Source of the DNA: an uncultured bacterium
GTDB taxonomy: Bacteria > Edwardsbacteria > AC1 > EtOH8
NCBI GenBank assembly: GCA_963780225.1
Contig: CAWAAX010000022.1
Coordinates: 1-45,327, forward strand
Length of the DNA stretch: 45,327 bases
Reading direction: 5' to 3'
Under the pieces are notes generated by a model that was not told the DNA's origin, did not search any database, and worked only from the letters and a program-made list of their open reading frames with translations. A program made the translations under genes and the position numbers. How positions within the stretch are numbered: position 1 is the first letter of the stretch; each line of letters opens with the position of its first letter. Shown here in pieces: positions 19,144 through 29,636 of this stretch.

Positions 19144-20283
19144 TTAGTTGTTAATACTTTCTTTCCACCGTTGTTCAAAATCATCAATCGTTATTCCGTA
19201 GGCTTCCTTAAAGGCTGGGGGAAAATCTCTGCGCTGCTGCATTTTGAGGAAAAGCAGGCGGACAAAGGCCCAGTCATACTGGCTGGTCAAAAAATAGGAG
19301 GCCGAAAGGCTGGCCTTATAGGCCAGCAGGGCCTGGTCTGATTCCAGTCCGGTAAAAGGTTTCTGCAGTTCCTTCAAGGGAACATAGATCTGCTCCTTCG
19401 GCTTAAGCCCTTCCAGCAGCATGGCCAGGCCCTCATTCAGCCAGGCTGGGCAGCGTCCGCCGGTCATGTCGTAGATGGCGGCGTGGGTGAATTCATGGGT
19501 CAGCACATTTTTAAGCAGCTGCCGGTCGTTCTGGTAGTTGGCCACCGGGATCCGGATCCGGCCGTCGAAGGCCGCCCCGGCCCAGGAGGCCAGATGGGTG
19601 ATGTCCCGGAACTGCTGGTCGCTGTAAAGTATGACGCTGGTGTTGCCCCGGATGCGGTGACCCAGCTCGCTGCCCACCCGGTCCCGTATCTCCTCCAGCA
19701 GCATCAGCACCTGGCCGGACACCTCACGGTTCTCCGCCCCCTCGAAGCGGATCTCAAAATAACCGCTGCGGTCCTGCTCAAAATCCTGCTCGGTCTGGCT
19801 CTCCCTGGTTAACTGGGCCAGGCGCTGGACAATGTCCGCGTTATTGGGCAGGGCGCGGTTGGCCGTCTCCAGCAGGTAAATGGCCGAATCGTTCTGATTG
19901 TTCAGGCAAAAGGCCTGGGCATTAAGATAATATATAACGGCGCTGACAAGAGAATCCTGCCTGGCGGCGGCGCCCAGATCCAGCACTTTTTGGAAATCGC
20001 CCCGACGGTAGTTCAAGACCATCTCATTGCCGTATACCGTGGCCAGATTGGCCCGGATCCCGGAGTCTCCCGGAGCCAGGCGCAGGGCCTGTTTTAAAAG
20101 GCCGACCGCCTGCAAAGACTTTCCTTTTTGGGAAAGGGCCACCGCATTATTGGAAAGCTCCACCGCCTGTTCCCGCCGGGCCGTCTGTTCCAATTTCAAC
20201 CGGTGTTTTTGGTAAGCCTTGAACAGAAACATTGCGGCGGCGGCAACCAGCAAAACTGCGGCCACCCGGAATAATAGTTTCAT
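19144..20283 (-). CDS. Membrane-anchored TPR protein with a C-terminal MA-clan (HExxH) metallopeptidase domain
   Basis: N-terminal TM helix; TPR-like helices (LLKQALRLAPGDS, ANRALPNNA); VLTHEFTHA..PAWLNEGLA gluzincin motif. Confidence 0.8.
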   Translation of the reverse strand: MKLLFRVAAVLLVAAAAMFLFKAYQKHRLKLEQTARREQAVELSNNAVALSQKGKSLQAVGLLKQALRLAPGDSGIRANLATVYGNEMVLNYRRGDFQKVLDLGAAARQDSLVSAVIYYLNAQAFCLNNQNDSAIYLLETANRALPNNADIVQRLAQLTRESQTEQDFEQDRSGYFEIRFEGAENREVSGQVLMLLEEIRDRVGSELGHRIRGNTSVILYSDQQFRDITHLASWAGAAFDGRIRIPVANYQNDRQLLKNVLTHEFTHAAIYDMTGGRCPAWLNEGLAMLLEGLKPKEQIYVPLKELQKPFTGLESDQALLAYKASLSASYFLTSQYDWAFVRLLFLKMQQRRDFPPAFKEAYGITIDDFEQRWKESINN

Positions 20284-20376
20284 AGATGATCCATTTTCAG
20301 TTGTTTGCCGGCAGCCCGAAGGCCTGGCAAGGTCCAACCGCAAGAGAGGCGGAGATCTGCCGGGCAACGGGAAGGT

Positions 20377-20946
20377 TTATCTTCTGGTAAATATATTTAT
20401 CCGGGTCTTCTTGTCTACCGCCTTCCATCGGCCGATCTTAATATCTCCCAAAGAATAATTTCCGATCTTCACCCGGATCAGTCTTAAAGTAGGGTGTCCC
20501 ACCACTGCGGTCATCTTGCGCACCTGGCGGTTCTTCCCCTCGGTCAGGACGATCTCCAGCCAGCAGTCGGGGATGTTCTTCCGGACCCGGATGGGCGGGA
20601 TGCGGGCTGGGATCTCCGGCTGGGGGGACAGGATCATCACCGAGCAGGGCAGGGTTTCCTGCTGCTCGACAACCACGCCGGCCTGCAGTTTTTTAAGGGT
20701 CTGGTCCGAAGGGATGTTCTCCACCTGGACCCAATAGGTGCGGGAATGGCCGTGCCGGGGGCTCAGCAAAAGTGCGTTCAGTTCCGGCTCATCGGACAAA
20801 AACAGCAGGCCCTCGGAGTCGGCGTCCAGCCGGCCCAGGGAGTAGATGTTCTTGGGAAAGCGGAAATCGGCCAGGGTCCTGTTTTTGGAGCCGTCGGCAG
20901 TGAACTGCGACAGCACTCCATATGGTTTGTTGAAAGCGATCAGCAT
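20377..20946 (-). CDS. rluE: RluE-like pseudouridine synthase (no S4 domain)
   Basis: FNKPYGVLSQF, GRLDADSEGLL, PPIRVRK, LTEGKNRQVRKMTA..GHPTLRLIR. Confidence 0.88.
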   Translation of the reverse strand: MLIAFNKPYGVLSQFTADGSKNRTLADFRFPKNIYSLGRLDADSEGLLFLSDEPELNALLLSPRHGHSRTYWVQVENIPSDQTLKKLQAGVVVEQQETLPCSVMILSPQPEIPARIPPIRVRKNIPDCWLEIVLTEGKNRQVRKMTAVVGHPTLRLIRVKIGNYSLGDIKIGRWKAVDKKTRINIFTRR

Positions 20947-21032
20947 AAAACGATGGAATCCATCTGGCTCCTCATTCCATTTGGTAAGGAGAGCCGATTA
21001 TTGTTGACAATTCCCGGGAAAACCCAAGTAAA

Positions 21033-22793
21033 TCACTTGAAGCGGATGACGCCCAAGTTCTGGAATAGGTATGACCAGTCGTATACCCATAGGGCCGATT
21101 GATTGTTGCGCTGCTGTTTACGGCGGATGTTCATTCTTAGTTCGGCGTCTTTGTCCGGCTTTTGCAGGCCGATATCTTTTAAAGGTACCTTCATTTCCAT
21201 CACCCATTCCGACTCCTTGGCCTGGCATTGGGCCTGAAAGCCGCCGTTCCATTTTTCATCAATATCATCGCGGGTGTTGTCTATCCTCTGATCCCAAATA
21301 GTGGAGACAGAATTGACGTACATCTGATAGACAGTATCTTTATTTGAGGCGAACAAAAACCCTATGCAATCGTCGTTGTACACTGGGTCGTCCCGGACGG
21401 TCTTGGAGGCTTTTAGCCGGGTCATGGCAGTGTCGCGGCAAACTGCGGCAATGTATAGGTTATCGGTATCGTGCACAAAATAGACCTGGGTAGGATCGGT
21501 CGCAGCGGGGTTGCCGTCCCATCCGCAGAATTCGGTGGCTTTGGCCGCCCCCAGCCATTCATTGGCTTCGAATTTCCCGTCCACCACCGGAGCCTTTTTG
21601 GCCCTGGGGCACACCAGTATCCTGGTAACATTGGGATTCATCTCCAGGCTGTAAACTTTATCCCGCCCGAAGGGATAGGACATTTTCATCAGCGGCAGGG
21701 GATACAGGGCTCCGGAACCTTTCAGTTTAAAGACGGACTTAAAGCTGTCTCCAGGGGCAATCTCCACCGGAACGTTGTTTTTGCCGGCTTGCCAGTTATT
21801 GCCGGACTCCCAAACAATTGCTGTTTTTAAGGGTTTGCCGGTGGGGTTGTTGATCTTGACCGTTGCCTCCAGGGAGGAGATTTTTTTACCCTCAAGCAAT
21901 TCCGGGCCGTTTACAAACACTACTTTGTTGGGTATAGTATATGCGAACTGTTCCTCTTTTAAATTAACATAGCCGGGTTCATAATTGTTGCCGGCGCGCA
22001 TCAATACCGGGTTGGATTTGCCGTCTTTGACGATGACCCAAAGGTACTGGTAAAAAATAGCCATGCTAAGATTCTCTGAAGAGCCGATGTCCGCCCCGGA
22101 GCTGCCCATTACCACGTAGCGGATGCCATCGTAAACTTCGGAAGCATAATTGTGCCAGTGACCGGTAAACACGGCGGTAACCTGGTGTTTTTTAAAGAGA
22201 TCGTGCAGCCGGTCCGGCTTGCCGGCTCCCACCCCATCGGCCCAAAAAGGTTTGTGCATAAAAATGTAAATCCCAGCTTTGTTCTTGAGAGCCTTAAGGT
22301 CCTTCTCCAGCCATTTGAGCTGGGCTTCATCCAGCTTGCCGGCGGTTTCCACCAGGGAATTGTCCATGATGATGAAATGGCTGTTCTGGTGGTCAAAGGA
22401 GTAGTAGGGATTGCGGCCGGTCTTTTTAATGAAAATGCTGCGGACATCGGGGGTGGTTATGTCGTGATTTCCGGGAGCAAGATAAACCGGGCAGGAAAGC
22501 AGTTTGAGGGACGGCAGGGTCTGATCCCAGTCCTTGACCGTTCCGGCCGAGTCTTTATAACCTTCGATCAGATCGCCCACCGTCACCACAAAGTCAGGCC
22601 GCATCCGCTCAATATCCTTAAGCACCATCTCAAAGGCTTTTTGGTTCGGGGTGTTGGTGCGGTCAGCCAGCACCACAAAACGGAAATTATCCCGGGGTGG
22701 TTCGGCAACGGTTATCTTCGCTTTTTTGGCAGCCCAGCCTACTTGGCACAGGGTAGCCGAGAGGAGCATAACCGTCAGTAGGGATTTTTTCAT
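21033..22793 (-). CDS. Secreted calcineurin-like metallophosphoesterase fused to Ig-like and CBM9-like sugar-binding domains
   Basis: Signal peptide; VVLAD, VTVGDL, APGNHD, FMHKP, FTGHWH motifs; C-terminal PVVDGKF..EW..NLYIAA..WVMEMKVPL (CBM9-like). Confidence 0.75.
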   Translation of the reverse strand: MKKSLLTVMLLSATLCQVGWAAKKAKITVAEPPRDNFRFVVLADRTNTPNQKAFEMVLKDIERMRPDFVVTVGDLIEGYKDSAGTVKDWDQTLPSLKLLSCPVYLAPGNHDITTPDVRSIFIKKTGRNPYYSFDHQNSHFIIMDNSLVETAGKLDEAQLKWLEKDLKALKNKAGIYIFMHKPFWADGVGAGKPDRLHDLFKKHQVTAVFTGHWHNYASEVYDGIRYVVMGSSGADIGSSENLSMAIFYQYLWVIVKDGKSNPVLMRAGNNYEPGYVNLKEEQFAYTIPNKVVFVNGPELLEGKKISSLEATVKINNPTGKPLKTAIVWESGNNWQAGKNNVPVEIAPGDSFKSVFKLKGSGALYPLPLMKMSYPFGRDKVYSLEMNPNVTRILVCPRAKKAPVVDGKFEANEWLGAAKATEFCGWDGNPAATDPTQVYFVHDTDNLYIAAVCRDTAMTRLKASKTVRDDPVYNDDCIGFLFASNKDTVYQMYVNSVSTIWDQRIDNTRDDIDEKWNGGFQAQCQAKESEWVMEMKVPLKDIGLQKPDKDAELRMNIRRKQQRNNQSALWVYDWSYLFQNLGVIRFK

Positions 22794-22961
22794 AATGCCT
22801 CCAATAGGATTTGGATGGTTGATGGTTTTCTGCAGGGGAACGCCGCGCGGGGTCTCTGCGGTATTAATGTGAAAAATAAGCTCTCTAATTCCATCGTCTA
22901 TTTTTACAAGGCATGAAACCTTGGGGCCGGAAATTTATAGCACGAAGTATTGCGAAAATAT

Positions 22962-23288
22962 TTAAACCCCCAGGGCGCTGATAAAAGGCGACAATCTGGG
23001 GGCGTTTCTTAATCTTTTATAGGTGATCTTTTCAATGGTGGCTCCGTAAGCGGTGGCGTAGATCGTGGCGAAGACTAACACGATCAACGGAGTTAGGGTC
23101 AAGGCATCCGAGCCCCATTGGCCGAGCTGGCCCAGGGAAATTATTGCCAGATAGGCTCCGATCAGGTAGATCTCGCCACGGGTGAAATTGATGAACTTCA
23201 CTATGCCGAAGACAATAGTGTAGTCCAGCGCAATCGGAGCATCAATAGAGCCCAATGTAAGGCCGTTGAGGTACTGTTGAAAAAGCAT
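22962..23288 (-). pseudogene. livH: Truncated, decayed branched-chain amino-acid ABC permease (LivH N-terminus)
   Basis: QQYLNGLTLGSIDAPIALDYTIVFGIVKFINFTRGEIY resembles LivH but has disruptive substitutions; only 108 aa; no other liv genes in the window. Confidence 0.75.
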
Positions 23289-23463
23289 AATGTTTTTAGA
23301 TAACAGGCCGTCAACTATATAACCAATTTATATTACTACAATATGTAAACTTATGCAAGACAAAAAATAAAAAAATACTGAAAATTTTATTTTCGTTATT
23401 TATACAAGAGCATTTCTTTGACAAAACTGTATTCTATCAGCAATGTCACGTATAGTTGTCTTG

Positions 23464-24342
23464 TTAGCCCTTCTCGGTCAGGAACACTCCGGCAATCACC
23501 ACCGCCGCGCCGATGGCAAATCTCAAAGTGATGGGCTCGCTTAAAAAGGCCCATCCCAAAAGGGCGGCTATTATCGGCTGTAGGTTGGAGAACACCGAGA
23601 CCTTGGTGGCCTCCAGTTTGGAAAGACCCCAGGACCAAACCAGGTATCCCAGCACCGAGGTCATCAGCGCCAGGTACAACAGCGACAGTATCCCGGTTCT
23701 GGTGATCTGACCGTAATTCTGCTTTATTACTGCGGGCAGGCCAAAGGGGACGAACATCAGTGCGCCCAGACCCAGGGCGTACCCAGTGACCACCAGCGGG
23801 GGATACTTCTTCAACAACTTTTTACTGATGATGGTGTAAACCGCCCAGGTGATTACGGCCACGATCAACAGCAGGTCGCCCTTGATGGTCCGGGCCGACA
23901 AGTGAATTCCCTGGTCGAACAGCACCAGGATGATGCCCAGAAATCCCAGGGCTATTCCGGTGATCTTAAGTACTGTAGGCCGCTCGCCCAGGAACAGCGA
24001 AGAAAGCAGTAATACCATGATGGGGGTGGTGGCGTACATCAGGGCGCCGTGGGCGGCAAAGGTATATTTCATGCCGTAGAGGAAAAGGCCCTGATTCAAA
24101 GGCACGGCCAGAAAGGCCAGCAAAAGGAAGGTTTTCCGGTCTTCCTTCGCCGGCAGAATAAGTTTTTTCTGCCACAGCAGAAGTCCGGCAAACACCGCTC
24201 CGGCCATCAGGAATCGGTAGACCCCCAGGGAGAACGGGGAGAACTCCCGCAGGGCGAACTTGGCCATCATGTAGGTGGCGCTGATCACGACCTGGGTCAG
24301 GATCAGGACGGTGAATATTTGTTTTTTGGAAAGGTTGTTCAT
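23464..24342 (-). CDS. DMT/EamA family transporter
   Basis: About 10 TM helices, two EamA repeats, LFLGERPT and FLSEPIT motifs. Confidence 0.9.
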   Translation of the reverse strand: MNNLSKKQIFTVLILTQVVISATYMMAKFALREFSPFSLGVYRFLMAGAVFAGLLLWQKKLILPAKEDRKTFLLLAFLAVPLNQGLFLYGMKYTFAAHGALMYATTPIMVLLLSSLFLGERPTVLKITGIALGFLGIILVLFDQGIHLSARTIKGDLLLIVAVITWAVYTIISKKLLKKYPPLVVTGYALGLGALMFVPFGLPAVIKQNYGQITRTGILSLLYLALMTSVLGYLVWSWGLSKLEATKVSVFSNLQPIIAALLGWAFLSEPITLRFAIGAAVVIAGVFLTEKG

Positions 24343-24357
24343 CTATCAGTTATTCTT

Positions 24358-24492
24358 TTGCCATAAAGACACTAAGCCTGCCCTGAGCCGGGTCGAAGGG
24401 ATACAAATATTACCATTCACAAGTTACAATTCACGATTTGGCTTGGTGCCTTTGTGCTCCTTCGGCTATGCTCAGGACAAGCTTGGTGGCAA
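24358..24492. repeat. Inverted CACAAAG-type repeat pair, each arm carrying an inserted CTTCG..GCTCAGG palindrome
   Basis: Left arm GCCATAAAGACACTAAGC[CTGCCCTGAGCCGGGTCGAAGGG]ATACAAA; right arm CTTGGTGCCTTTGTGCT[CCTTCGGCTATGCTCAGGACAAG]CTTGGTGGC. Confidence 0.65.
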
Positions 24493-24507
24493 GGTGCATC
24501 TTCCGTC

Positions 24508-24547
24508 TTGACGAAATCATTATAATTTAGTATGCTATTGGTGTCAA
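24508..24547. promoter_or_regulatory. Overlapping bidirectional sigma70 promoters for ligA (+) and the EamA gene (-)
   Basis: Plus: TTGACG(24508)-17-TATGCT. Minus: TTGACA(24547)-17-TATAAT(24519). Confidence 0.65.
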
Positions 24548-24601
24548 GCAAAACCTGGCACCTTACCACAGAAACACGGAACATAATAAACACGGAAAAA
24601 C

Positions 24602-26620
<2,019 letters not shown>

Positions 26621-26643
26621 CGCAGACATATCTTTCTCATTTA

Positions 26644-27906
26644 ATGAGCAACAATTATAGAATAAACGCCGGGATACTTAACCCGGAAAGCCCGCAAAAG
26701 TGCAGGTTTACAAAGGATGGGGCCCTGATCTTCAATGGCGACGGGCATATCCTGTATTGTGGGCAGCGCATACATGCGCCATTGCTGGCGTCAACAAATA
26801 TTGTGGCCCCGGCCGGCGCCTTCATCATTCCCGGGCTGATAGACTGCCACACCCACCTTTCGCAGTACTACGTGCGGGGCCGCAGCGGCGATACTCTTTT
26901 AGGCTGGCTAAAGAACCACATCTTTCCGGCCGAGCGTAAGTTCAAGGACCCCAAACACGCCGCCCTGGTCTCCCAAAAATTCTACCACCGGCTGTTGTCC
27001 AACGGGGTCACCTGTGCCGCGCTTTACACCAATTACAAAACCGGAGTGGAAGCGGCCTTCATGAAGGACGAAAAGGCTGGGATCCGGGCCATCATCGGCT
27101 ACACCCTGATGGACCGCAATGTGCCGGCCGCCTTGAAACAGGAACCATCAAAAGTACTGGATGAGTGCCGGGAGACTGTTTGAAAAGCATCACCAAAAGA
27201 CCGGCCGTTTGTTATTTTCCATCAACGCAGGTTTGCGCCATCCTGCAGTCTAAATCCGCGTTTCGCGCCATCCTGCACCCCGGGGTTCATGAAATCCCTG
27301 GGGGATCTTGTGAGAACGCATAACCTGCACGTCCAGACCCATATCTCGGAGAATCTACAGGAGCTGGCCGAGGTCAAAAGGCTTTTTCCCAAAACCAAAA
27401 GCTACGCCGAGGTCTACGACCGGGCCGGCCTTTTGACACCCAGGACGCTGCTGGCCCACGGTATTCATCTTTCCCGGAGCGAGAGACTGCTGATCCAAAA
27501 GCGGGGCTGCGGGATTGTCCACTGCCCGTCCTCCAACCTGTTCCTGCATTCGGGCAGGTTTCCGCTGGAGCATTGGGAGAATTACCCCCGGCTAGCCCTG
27601 GGCAGCGACGTGGGGGCCGGACCATCCTTCTCCATGTTCGACGTGATGCGCGACGCTTATTATGTGAACATGATGCCGCTATCCCGGCTGTTCTACCTGG
27701 CCACCATGGGCGGAGCCAGGGCGCTGGGGCTGGAAAAGACCATCGGAAGTCTGCATACCGGCAAGCAGGCCGACTTTTCGGTGATAAGGCTGTCCGACGT
27801 TCAGGATCCAGGCCCCGAAGAATTGCTGTATGATTTGATCTTCAAGTGGGACCAGCGGGAGATATTGAAGGTGTATGTGGCCGGGCAACGGGTGTGGCCC
27901 AAGTAA
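26644..27906 (+). CDS. guaD: Guanine deaminase (amidohydrolase), disrupted at about 27170-27255
   Basis: PGLIDCHTHLSQY, LLGWLKNHIFPAE, PRFAPSCT, VQTHISENLQE, LAHGIHL, HCPSSNLFL, LGSDVGAG. Both ORF halves are in the same frame with TGA at 27181. Confidence 0.82.
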
Positions 27907-27938
27907 TGGCAAGCCATGTATTGCTATGATGCAAAAAG

Positions 27939-27973
27939 AAAAGGCGGGAGAGCAAAAGCTCACCCGCCTTTTT
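27939..27973. terminator. Bidirectional rho-independent terminator
   Basis: AAAAGGCGGG-A-GAGC-AAAA-GCTC-A-CCCGCCTTTTT between convergent genes. Confidence 0.8.
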
Positions 27974-27988
27974 CATTAGCCCTATCGA

Positions 27989-28807
27989 TTATTTTGAGCC
28001 AAAGCTGTGCTGGGTAGCCCAGTTTTCGGCCAGCAAGGTATAATACCCTCTGGTGCCGGCTGACATGGCATAGAACACATAACGCACTATTTCGGTGTCG
28101 TCGGCATAAAGCGTACCGGTGCCGGAGCCGTCGACATTGAAGCGGTAGTCGCCGGTCAGCGTTAACAACTGGTAACCGGTGGCGGTAAAGCAGGGCCAGT
28201 AATTGCAGGTGAAGGTATAGTGCCCCTGGTAGTCATTGGAGGCTGTGCTGACGCTGTCAAAAGTGAACGACCAGGCATAATCATAGCTCGACGGGGCATA
28301 TACTCCCCAAGTCCAGAATCCCTGAAGATGCAAGGCGTCGTAGTCGTGCATAACCTTGCCATGATACAGAAAGTAAGCGACGGAGGTGTCGCTGTATTCC
28401 CAGTACCACTCCACGGTATCGGGGGCTACGGTCGTCGGGCTGAATTTGATCTTCCACAGCCAAGAATAATTGGTAGTATCGCTTCCGGCACTGTCGGGAT
28501 AGATGATGCCGTTAGTATTCCAATATAGGTAATACCAACCAAAGGCATCCGGGCCCCACCAATAAGTGCTGTCATACGTGCTCTTGTCCAGGTTACTCTT
28601 GGAAAAGCCGGAAAGGTAACCGCTGAAATCACCGATGCCATCGTCGCAGGTGCCGGCCATGTCTTCCCCGACCCCGGCGGCATAGGTTTGCTGAGTGACG
28701 GCGGTGGTAGTTGTCGTTGGGGGTGTTTCGGTCGGGGTGTCCTTGCTGCAACCAAAGGCCGCCAAAACGATCAGGGCCGAGAGCAGGTAAAGTTTTACTT
28801 GTTTCAT
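27989..28807 (-). CDS. Hypothetical Tyr/Trp-rich lipoprotein
   Basis: Lipobox AAFGC, Thr/Pro linker, aromatic beta-rich body, AAGGAG RBS. Confidence 0.75.
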   Translation of the reverse strand: MKQVKLYLLSALIVLAAFGCSKDTPTETPPTTTTTAVTQQTYAAGVGEDMAGTCDDGIGDFSGYLSGFSKSNLDKSTYDSTYWWGPDAFGWYYLYWNTNGIIYPDSAGSDTTNYSWLWKIKFSPTTVAPDTVEWYWEYSDTSVAYFLYHGKVMHDYDALHLQGFWTWGVYAPSSYDYAWSFTFDSVSTASNDYQGHYTFTCNYWPCFTATGYQLLTLTGDYRFNVDGSGTGTLYADDTEIVRYVFYAMSAGTRGYYTLLAENWATQHSFGSK

Positions 28808-28874
28808 CCGGTGCTCCTTCTATTGTTTTTGGGTTAGATGTTATAATCCACATGAAAATATACTACATAATTAT

Positions 28875-29495
28875 TTACAAGTCAAGCAGGCCTTGAAGCT
28901 GTTTTTTATTTAAATACTGAGGCCTTTTGATTTCCCGGGCCAAAAAGGATATTTTGGCCAGATGTTCCACCCGTTCCATTCTCTGCAGGGCTTCTTCCAG
29001 ATTCCGGCCCAGAGCCAAAACGCCGTGATTGGCCAAAAGCAGGGCTTGGTGCTTTTTTATCAGCGGGGCAATGGACCGGGGCACCTCTTCCGTCGATGGT
29101 GTGGCATATGGGGCCAGGGGCACCGGGCCCACGGTCAAAACAACTTCCGGCAGCAACGGAGCCCTTAGATCCAGCCCGGCGGCGGCAAAGGCGGTGGCAA
29201 AGGGCGGGTGGGCGTGGACGATGGCCTTGATATCCGGGCGCATCTTATAGGTATAAAGGTGCATTTTGATCTCGGAAGAAGGTTTCCCCCGTCCCGCCAG
29301 CACCTTTCCCTCCAGGTCGGTTACCAGCAGCTGGGATTCTTTGATGTTCCCTTTGCGCAGCATGGAGGGGGTAATCAGGATCCTTCCCCCGTCCAGCCGA
29401 ACTGAGACATTGCCGTCGGTGGCGGGCACGAAACCCAGGGCATCCAGCTGCCGGCAGACCCGGACCATCTCTTTTCGAGTTACATCCATCGACAA
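28875..29495 (-). CDS. Class II aldolase/adducin family protein (FucA-like)
   Basis: TDGNVSVR, LITPS, PSSEIKMH, VHAHPPFA, LLANHGV metal-binding motifs. Confidence 0.9.
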   Translation of the reverse strand: MSMDVTRKEMVRVCRQLDALGFVPATDGNVSVRLDGGRILITPSMLRKGNIKESQLLVTDLEGKVLAGRGKPSSEIKMHLYTYKMRPDIKAIVHAHPPFATAFAAAGLDLRAPLLPEVVLTVGPVPLAPYATPSTEEVPRSIAPLIKKHQALLLANHGVLALGRNLEEALQRMERVEHLAKISFLAREIKRPQYLNKKQLQGLLDL

Positions 29496-29636
29496 TCCTT
29501 TCTTTACTTATTAGTAAGCCATGAACGCAGGAAAAACATCAAGGCTATCCAATAAAACAGCATGCTGTCAGACAAAGAGAGTAATACAGATCAGGAATAG
29601 TTTCATGGTTTCCTGCTTTCCTAATTAAAACTCCGG

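Noticed and set aside
22832..22859. Degenerate GTAG-type REP hairpin (GCAGGGGAACGCCGCGCGGGGTCTCTGC)
   Set aside because: Single, weakly paired copy; not enough support to call.
27181..27183. Selenocysteine or stop readthrough at the in-frame TGA of guaD
   Set aside because: The homologous sequence (RLFEKHH..GRLLFSIN) lies in another frame here, so the TGA results from compensating indels.
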